Positions 57,541 to 64,000 of a stretch of 64,000 nucleotides of DNA are shown here, one piece after another. A program made the position numbers and the translations under genes. Below the pieces are notes generated by a model that worked only from the letters and a program-made list of their open reading frames with translations, made no database searches and was not told the origin of the DNA. Source of the stretch: Candidatus Hydrogenedentota bacterium (GTDB lineage: Bacteria; Hydrogenedentota; Hydrogenedentia; Hydrogenedentales; SLHB01). The stretch covers positions 64,001 through 128,000 of the forward strand of contig CAXXTH010000008.1 of the NCBI GenBank assembly GCA_963668025.2, read 5' to 3'. Position 1 is the stretch's first letter. Every line of letters starts with the position of its first letter.

Positions 57541-60500
57541 ATGAACACTAAAGTGCGTGCATTGATATGGGAGGAATGCCGCGTCTCCGGCGTCCTCGCC
57601 CTATACAATCTGGCGTTGGGGGCCTTGTTCTTCGCCCTTTCCTTGTTTGAGGATTCATCTGTCCCGTGGAAAAACGGGAACGATGATTTCGCGTTCTGCA
57701 TTGTGCTCGGATTTCCACTATTAAGCGCCCTGTTGTTTGTTTTGGGCATGGATAATTCCGGCCATCTCACCATGGGATATCCCCGGCGCATTCTCAATCT
57801 CCCCGTCCACACCCATACGACCGTCACGGTCACGCTGGCGTTCCGCACCCTCTTTTTACTGCTTCTCGGATTTGGATTGCTGGGCATATGCGCCTTGCGT
57901 TTTGGCCAAGCGCCCTGGAGCGCTGCCATTCTGTTTGTTGCGTCCCTGTATGTGCTCATACAGTTGTTCGATTGGCTGCGCCAGCCGGTGTCCGGATTGG
58001 CTAGCTTGCTCCTGGTGTCTGTACTGGCCTTGCTTGTGTTGCTGTTGGGCAATATGTACGACGTCATGCTCTCTCTAGTAAAAATGGATTGGAATATCTA
58101 CTGGGCGCTTCTATGTGTAGGTATCTTGTTTTCTACAGGACTCGGCATATCGATTCTGTCGGTGAGCGCCACCCGGCGCGGTAAGCGCTTCGGCCCGCCC
58201 GAGCTATGGGAATTGCCCGCCCTATGGACGCGGAACCGCCATGCCCGGCAAGCATCCTTCAACTCCCCGCTGGACGCCGAGGTCTGGTTTGAGCGCAAAC
58301 GCTCGCCATTGGTGATGCCCGGCCTCACGTTGTTGATTTTCGCACTCCTGTTCTCGGTGGCCTGGATAAGCGGAGGCAAATCCAGCGTGTTGGCCAACCA
58401 AGACCTATGGAATATCCACAGTAAATTTGATCTTTCACTCATGGCCTCGTTCCTGCTTGCCGCCATCGGATACGGCATGTATCGCGGGGCCTTCTGGCGA
58501 AAACGCGTTTCCACCCCCCATATGATCCCGTATCTCTATCCCGCCGCCACGGAGGAGATCACCCGTGCACGCATCGGCGCGGGAGCAATCCAGGCCGGCG
58601 CGGCCCTCCTGCTCATGGGCTTGGCCTATCAAGGCAGTTTTTTGCTGCGGCTCAACGGATACGCAACTGGCGTGTTCGAGGCCGCTCTAGGTGAAGGCTA
58701 CGCCACTTGGCGCGAAATGATTTGGTCCTTCCTTTCGCCCCTGTTTTTAGTCGGCCTTATCAGTTGGGCGTTTTTATGGCCCAACCGGCTATTGGCGTTC
58801 TACTTCGTCATTCCCATGGGAGTTACGATAGTTGCACTCATATGTGGAAAGGAAAAATACGCCGAATTCATTAGCTGCTTGCTGATCATCCCCATCATCG
58901 CCTTCGCCGCGTTCCGCGCTTGGCGCAGAGGGCTGATGCCGGGGCGCGCCCTCGCTGGCGTGTGCGGAGCCTGGCTGCTCCTAGCCTGGCTCTTGTATCC
59001 AATGGACATGCTGGCGTCCTTTGCACAAGAGGATTTCTCGATATATGAAGGCGTATCGAGCCTGGCATGGGCCAGCCTCGGGCCTATGCCGTACATCGGC
59101 ATGCTCTTCAGCATCAATCGTAAACGCCATGGCCAGCGTGGTCCCCAGAATCCCCTCCAGCATGCGCGGCGCATCTCAGGCTATCGCGTCCGCACTGCAC
59201 TGGCGATAGCCGGAATCGTCGCATTAAGCCTGTGGCTCAAATGGCCCGTGGAACCGGCCTGGCATACATATCTACATGAGAAGGGTTTTGCCACATCGCT
59301 TCGAGAACTCGATGAACGATATGCGCAAGTGCCCGATGATGAAAATCTGGCGCTGCGGTATCAAGCGGCTTGGGAAAAGCTAGGCGCTTGTACGGCAAAA
59401 CTGACAACGAAATTAAGCGCGGATCACACCGAGTATAAAGATGCCGATGGAATCCCAATCGGTTCCGTTCAACGTTTTTTTGGTCAATTGCCTATCATGG
59501 GTATTGGCGGTAGTTTTTTTGAATCAATCTCACCTCAATCATATCTGAATGATCCTGCTTCTGAATCCATCTCTCCCACACAAGCGCAAACTGCGCAAAC
59601 CTACTGGGATGCAGTCGGAAAAGAAGTCGCGCCTATGCTCCATGCGGCCGCGGAGTCGGGTCTGACGCGCAGCCGGTACCCAATCGATTTATCACAGATA
59701 GAGATAAACAACCCGCCGCATCTCGGTGAATTGGGCCGGCTTGCCAATCTGCTGCGCCTCGAAGCGCTCATGGCCTGCATGAATGACCGTCCTCACGACG
59801 CCGCCGAGGCCATTCGCGCGATGTTTCCATTGGCGTCTTCTCTCGAATCAGAACCGTTTCTTCCCTCAAAACGCCAATATTCTTCAATCCGTCTTTTAAT
59901 CGTCGAAGCGCTTCAACACTCATTGGACCATCTTTCTATGGACAATTCGGATCTTGCCGAACTAGACAACTGTCTGGCTACCACCCAATCACTAGAGAAT
60001 CAGGCCTTACTCTATGAGCAGGCTGCAGTTGGTCAGGGACTAGATAGCTTGATTCCAAATTCGTACGGATTAGTACGCTATCGAAACACTTTGCGCAAGG
60101 CGGATACTCCATTATTTCCATGGCGCTTAGGAAAGCCGCCTATTCACGAGATGATGTTTTATATACATAACCTGAATAGAATAGAAAATTCATATTCCGA
60201 AACTGGCCCAGCTAGGTTACAGAGGACTGGTTTTTTACGCCAGGAATTTGCGGAACCCACTTACTTTCCACGTGTGTTTTTCTATTCGATATTGGGTATG
60301 TATTCACCGGATGCACATAAAGAGATTTCTAATACCCAAACAAATATCGATCTTGCCCGTGTCGGAATCGCCGTTGAACGCTACCGTCTAGCCGCGGGCC
60401 ATTTCCCCGAACGCCTGGAGGAACTCGTCCCTGCTTATATCAAAGCCATCCCGAAGGATTTTTTCGCACCAAGACGCACCGCGCCTCTGCGATACCTGCT

Positions 60501-60687
60501 CAATTCCGACGGTTCATGTGTTGTCTACAGTGTAGGCATGAATCGACAAGATGACGGCGGTGTGCCTTCTGTATCAAAATACATGAAATGTGACGATATA
60601 CCCTTCAGCCTTTTGCCACCCGGGAAACGCACATCACTGGCCCCGCCGGACAAGGCCGTGGCGCCATCCACATACCTGAATAAATAG
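57541..60687 (+). CDS. Tandem paralog 4 (permease-like plus GspG-like motif)
   Basis: Same architecture. ATG 57541 follows GGGAGG. Confidence 0.8.
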   Translation: MNTKVRALIWEECRVSGVLALYNLALGALFFALSLFEDSSVPWKNGNDDFAFCIVLGFPLLSALLFVLGMDNSGHLTMGYPRRILNLPVHTHTTVTVTLAFRTLFLLLLGFGLLGICALRFGQAPWSAAILFVASLYVLIQLFDWLRQPVSGLASLLLVSVLALLVLLLGNMYDVMLSLVKMDWNIYWALLCVGILFSTGLGISILSVSATRRGKRFGPPELWELPALWTRNRHARQASFNSPLDAEVWFERKRSPLVMPGLTLLIFALLFSVAWISGGKSSVLANQDLWNIHSKFDLSLMASFLLAAIGYGMYRGAFWRKRVSTPHMIPYLYPAATEEITRARIGAGAIQAGAALLLMGLAYQGSFLLRLNGYATGVFEAALGEGYATWREMIWSFLSPLFLVGLISWAFLWPNRLLAFYFVIPMGVTIVALICGKEKYAEFISCLLIIPIIAFAAFRAWRRGLMPGRALAGVCGAWLLLAWLLYPMDMLASFAQEDFSIYEGVSSLAWASLGPMPYIGMLFSINRKRHGQRGPQNPLQHARRISGYRVRTALAIAGIVALSLWLKWPVEPAWHTYLHEKGFATSLRELDERYAQVPDDENLALRYQAAWEKLGACTAKLTTKLSADHTEYKDADGIPIGSVQRFFGQLPIMGIGGSFFESISPQSYLNDPASESISPTQAQTAQTYWDAVGKEVAPMLHAAAESGLTRSRYPIDLSQIEINNPPHLGELGRLANLLRLEALMACMNDRPHDAAEAIRAMFPLASSLESEPFLPSKRQYSSIRLLIVEALQHSLDHLSMDNSDLAELDNCLATTQSLENQALLYEQAAVGQGLDSLIPNSYGLVRYRNTLRKADTPLFPWRLGKPPIHEMMFYIHNLNRIENSYSETGPARLQRTGFLRQEFAEPTYFPRVFFYSILGMYSPDAHKEISNTQTNIDLARVGIAVERYRLAAGHFPERLEELVPAYIKAIPKDFFAPRRTAPLRYLLNSDGSCVVYSVGMNRQDDGGVPSVSKYMKCDDIPFSLLPPGKRTSLAPPDKAVAPSTYLNK

Positions 60688-60764
60688 CTTAACCGTACCA
60701 ATAAAACATATATGCATTTATAAACTTCTTGCGCTTTTCCTTAACGTTTGGGGAGAGGATAGCT

Positions 60765-61637
60765 ATGAGAATTAGGGCGGTTTCCATGTCTGTTTTAGTG
60801 TTGGCGGCGGTATCGCTGATGGTCAACATTTCCGAGGGCGGCGGAATGGGTAAAGTGCGCCACGTGGATATGGGTGGGACCCTGAGCATGGAACTCGTGT
60901 GGATCCCGCCCGGCGAATTCATGATGGGCAGTCCAGAAGACGAATCAGAACACAGAAGAGATGAAGTGCCTCAGCACCGAGTGATCATCACACATGGATT
61001 CTGGATGGGGAAATACGAAGTGACCCAGGCGCAGTGGCGGGTGGTGATGGGGAACAATCCGTCTTGCTTTAGCGGTGATGAGCGGCCGGTGGAACAGGTG
61101 TCATGGGATGATTGCCAAGAATTTATCTCCCGATTGAACGCACGAGTTCTCGAAGGCGGTTTCCGTTTGCCGACAGAGGCGGAATGGGAGTATGCCTGCC
61201 GGGCGGGAACCACTTCGGCGTTCCATATGGGGGATGCCATCTCCACGAAGCGGGCGAATTTCAACGGAAACGCAGTATATGGCCTAGGAAGCAAGGGGAT
61301 ATATCGCAAGGAGACGACGCCGGTAGGTAGTTTTTCTGCGAACGATTTGGGATTGTACGATATGCATGGGAATGTTTTTGAATGGTGCCAAGATAAATAT
61401 TGTATCTACTCGAACGATGCAGCCATCGATCCGAAGGGTTCTGAAGCAGGCGTTTTCCGGGTATATCGGGGTGGTAGCTGGAGCCGATGTCCAGGAAACT
61501 GCCGGGCTGCGTATCGAGGTGGGAGCATGCCGGATACCCGGCGCAGCAACCTGGGTTTTCGTGTCGTGCTATCCCAACTCTCAGAACCGGAGATTGTTGA
61601 CATGCCTCCAAGCAAAATAGCATCAATAAAAAGATAG
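60765..61637 (+). CDS. Secreted formylglycine-generating-enzyme (SUMF1)-fold protein
   Basis: IPPGEFMMGS, YEVTQAQW, PVEQVSW, RLPTEAEWEYACRAG, GLYDMHGNVFEWC, RGGSW, LGFRV. Confidence 0.92.
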   Translation: MRIRAVSMSVLVLAAVSLMVNISEGGGMGKVRHVDMGGTLSMELVWIPPGEFMMGSPEDESEHRRDEVPQHRVIITHGFWMGKYEVTQAQWRVVMGNNPSCFSGDERPVEQVSWDDCQEFISRLNARVLEGGFRLPTEAEWEYACRAGTTSAFHMGDAISTKRANFNGNAVYGLGSKGIYRKETTPVGSFSANDLGLYDMHGNVFEWCQDKYCIYSNDAAIDPKGSEAGVFRVYRGGSWSRCPGNCRAAYRGGSMPDTRRSNLGFRVVLSQLSEPEIVDMPPSKIASIKR

Positions 61638-61687
61638 CTGCATCGGGGCTGTGTCATGAGTACAAATAAGCCTTCTCAAGTAATTTC

Positions 61688-61716
61688 TTGACTCTACAGT
61701 TCAGCTATGGTAGCTT
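61688..61716 (+). promoter_or_regulatory. Sigma70-type promoter
   Basis: TTGACT-N17-TAGCTT with extended TG. Confidence 0.55.
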
Positions 61717-61787
61717 AAACACTTGAGAGTGGATAACTTGGGATATATCCGCCCTTACAGAATCTGCGGTTTCCGAGGGACGGAGCA

Positions 61788-62726
61788 ATGCGCCTAGTAG
61801 AAGAACAACCGCTTGCCGCGCCATGCACCACCGCCACACCGGAAATCCTCGTCGTAGGCGGGGGGAAAGGCGGAGTGGGGAAGACCTGCTTTTCCGTCAA
61901 TATCGCCGTCGAGATCGCCCGCAAAGGCTGGCGCGTCATCCTGGTCGACGCCGACCTGAGCTGTTCGAATATCGAGACTGTCTTAGGCGCCCGGTGCGAC
62001 ATCAAGCTCGATGATTTCTTCTATCAAAAAGGCAGCAAGACCCTCGACCGGGTGTTGTGCCCCACGCCCTATGATAATTTGTCGCTTATTCCCGGCACCA
62101 CCGGCCTGCTCGATGTGGCCAATCCCCGTTACCAGCAGAAAGTCGCCTTCATCCGGGAACTCAAGCAGCTCGACGCGGACCTGATCATCATCGATCTCGA
62201 CGCCGGGGCGCACCTCAATACGCTCGATTTTTATCTTCTGACCGAGACCAACGGCGTCCTGGTGATCACCCCGGAAAAGACCAGCATCGACAACGCATTC
62301 AAGTTTCTCCGCGCCGCCTTGTTCCGGCGCATCGAGCGGTTCTACCAAAGCCCGGAAGTCGCATTGTTGCTCAAGCGCAACGAAACCCTGACCGAGTTCA
62401 TCTCATGCGTCCAAAAATCCGAAGTGCTGGACGAAGTGGCCGTGAAGCAGATCTGCCGCGAATGCGTCTCGCTCGCCAAGGCCATCAAGCCCAAGATCGT
62501 CGTCAACCGCGCCACGAACTCCTACGAGGCACAGATCGCCGCGAATATCCTGGCGAAATACGCCCGCCAGAAACTCATGATCCAGCCCGAAAGCCTCGGC
62601 TTCCTATATTTTGATAAGTGTGTTTCCGATGCGGTAAACTCCGGCGTGCCCTTCATCATCGGGTATCCGAACCGGAAGATTACGGCCTGTATAGCCGACA
62701 TTGCCAGTCGGCTTGGATTTTTCTAA
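61788..62726 (+). CDS. MinD/ParA-family ATPase (FlhG/FleN-like)
   Basis: Deviant Walker A GGKGGVGKT, VDADL, IDLDAG, TPEKTSIDNAFKFL, IVVNR. Confidence 0.88.
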   Translation: MRLVEEQPLAAPCTTATPEILVVGGGKGGVGKTCFSVNIAVEIARKGWRVILVDADLSCSNIETVLGARCDIKLDDFFYQKGSKTLDRVLCPTPYDNLSLIPGTTGLLDVANPRYQQKVAFIRELKQLDADLIIIDLDAGAHLNTLDFYLLTETNGVLVITPEKTSIDNAFKFLRAALFRRIERFYQSPEVALLLKRNETLTEFISCVQKSEVLDEVAVKQICRECVSLAKAIKPKIVVNRATNSYEAQIAANILAKYARQKLMIQPESLGFLYFDKCVSDAVNSGVPFIIGYPNRKITACIADIASRLGFF

Positions 62727-62827
62727 TCGTGCTAGACAGTAAAGATAGAGAGAGTCTCAAACCTACTCGAGCGTTCAGAACGGATTTTTCCACTTCCGAT
62801 GAATCGGTTCCCGATACATTCGAGGAA

Positions 62828-63442
62828 ATGGAAAAGGCCAAGCACGGTTCGTTGCTCGGGCGCATGAACCAGCGCTTTCAGGATGTGCTCCAGAGTAGCC
62901 GGGGTTCTTCCCGTTCACGTGATGCGGCCCGCGAGAGCGCGGGCGATCCCATGGTCACTGCTGACGACCTCGCGATCCGCCGCGCCCGCAGTATTAAGCC
63001 CCAGCGCATGACCGTCCCCGAAGGCGTAATTATCGGCGGCTCCTTGACCAGCGGCTCCGAAACCGAGATTGCCGGGCGCGTCGAGGGCGATGTCGTGGTG
63101 GACGGCCACCTGATCCTCGAGGCCAGCGCCCTGATCTCTGGGAATGTGCGGGCCTCTTCCTGCCGCGTCGATGGCTTGGTCGAAGGCAAAGTTGAATGCT
63201 CCAACGACCTCGAACTCGGCCCCACGGGCCGGTTGAACGCCGATGTCGTGGCGGGCAAACGCATGCAAGTGGGCGGCCAAGTCTTTGGCAACATTACCTC
63301 GGGCGGCCTAGTCCGTATCGGAGCCACCGCCCGGGTCAACGGCGACATCCGCGCGCGCGCCATCATCATAGATGAAGGCGGCGTCTTCAACGGCAGATGC
63401 ACCATGCGCCCTCCCGCACAGCGCAACGGCATCGCTAAATAG
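62828..63442 (+). CDS. Bactofilin (polymer-forming cytoskeletal protein)
   Basis: Beta-helix repeats (IAGRVEGDV, ISGNV, VDGLVEGKV, VNGDI) ending IDEGGVFNGRCTM. Start codon uncertain. Confidence 0.88.
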   Translation: MEKAKHGSLLGRMNQRFQDVLQSSRGSSRSRDAARESAGDPMVTADDLAIRRARSIKPQRMTVPEGVIIGGSLTSGSETEIAGRVEGDVVVDGHLILEASALISGNVRASSCRVDGLVEGKVECSNDLELGPTGRLNADVVAGKRMQVGGQVFGNITSGGLVRIGATARVNGDIRARAIIIDEGGVFNGRCTMRPPAQRNGIAK

Positions 63443-63515
63443 CCGGGCTGGCCGTTGTTCCCATTTGCGCCATCGCGCTTGCGTATCATCAACCAGCGCT
63501 TCTTGGAGAAACAAG

Positions 63516-64000
63516 GTGTTCAATTCCACGGTCATATGGCTGGCCCTATCAGTGGGTTTGGCCGCGCCTCCATCCACTACCATATATCGCATGGAAGGCG
63601 CCGCGCCGGGCCTGGGCCGGGAAGCGGGAACGGCGGCGGTCAACAACGCCGAAACGAACATCATCATCAGTATTCTCGAATCCATGACCGGCTCCAGCGA
63701 TTTCGCCTTATATGCACCCATCCTGGATCGCGCTCCCGAGTATATCCGGTCGGTCCATGTGCTGAGCCGGACGCCCGATGCGGACCAGACTCAGGTCGAG
63801 ATCGAAGCCTATGTCTATGAAGAGCAGTTGCGCCGCGATGTGTCCGCGTTGATTCTAACCCGGCTGAATGTGAAACCCTCCGTGCTGCTCGTGCTGCTCG
63901 AAGAACCTGCGCCAGGCCAGCCATATATAGGGATTCGGGAAAATCCCATATTGGAAGGGGTGAAAAAAACGCTCGAAGACAAATTCTTCACCGTCATGGG
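63516..64000 (+). CDS. Secreted hypothetical protein, truncated by window end
   Basis: GTG 63516 after GGAG. MFNSTVIWLALSVGLAAPPS signal-like start, and the frame stays open to 64000. Not in the ORF track. Confidence 0.65.
   Translation, partial: MFNSTVIWLALSVGLAAPPSTTIYRMEGAAPGLGREAGTAAVNNAETNIIISILESMTGSSDFALYAPILDRAPEYIRSVHVLSRTPDADQTQVEIEAYVYEEQLRRDVSALILTRLNVKPSVLLVLLEEPAPGQPYIGIRENPILEGVKKTLEDKFFTVM

Noticed and set aside
47300-60700. Integron cassette array or shufflon interpretation of the four paralogs
   Set aside because: No integrase or invertase is nearby, I recognised no attC-like RYYYAAC...GTTRRRY sites, and all copies are full-length and co-oriented. Tandem duplication with recombination is sufficient.
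60765-61637. FGE/C-type-lectin-fold gene as a diversity-generating retroelement target
   Set aside because: The fold is a common DGR target, but I found no reverse transcriptase and no template repeat of its 3' end (about 61470-61570) in the window. A remote DGR cannot be excluded.
60765-61637. Catalytic formylglycine-generating enzyme
   Set aside because: GGSWSRCPGNCR does not match the GGS[FY]xCxxxxCxRYR catalytic motif, and no sulfatase gene is adjacent.
63455-63820. 121-aa plus-strand ORF from the ORF track
   Set aside because: Composition is not protein-like. The overlapping frame from GTG 63516 has an RBS and a signal peptide and stays open to the window end.

Overview
Bacterial chromosomal segment (about 55% GC by eye, Gram-negative-type envelope genes; taxon not determinable from this window). 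It has four parts. (1) 1-28.5 kb is an accessory-looking general-stress/envelope cluster ending at the 3' end of tRNA-Glu(CTC). It holds the 3' tip of an OmpR/PhoB-family regulator, a B12/radical-SAM enzyme, two DUF3309 genes, CsbD, DUF1328, an entericidin, a Spy/CpxP-like protein, a vWA-OmpA lipoprotein, an SPFH protein, an orphan PilT, a giant cyclic beta-1,2-glucan synthase and one intact IS (17-bp TIRs, 6-bp target duplication). Five promoters here share 3-4 TTTRCY-like hexamers at 11-bp period, 20-21 nt upstream of a -10 element, which suggests an undescribed OmpR-type regulon. (2) 28.8-45.5 kb holds signalling and housekeeping genes: two HDOD proteins, LOG, a minimal chemosensory cluster with a CheD-receiver fusion, SixA, YtxJ, DJ-1, hisB, two GT4 enzymes and an ABC-DUF1854 fusion. 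(3) 45.9-60.7 kb is a YtrA-type GntR plus one ABC ATPase followed by four tandem, mosaic ~1,020-1,050-aa paralogs. Each fuses a multi-TM permease-like half to a variable extracytoplasmic domain ending in a GspG/pseudopilin-like motif, and each has the same leader. (4) 60.7-64 kb encodes an FGE-fold protein, a FlhG/MinD-like ATPase, a bactofilin and a truncated secreted protein. All family calls come from motif recognition by eye; no database searches were run.
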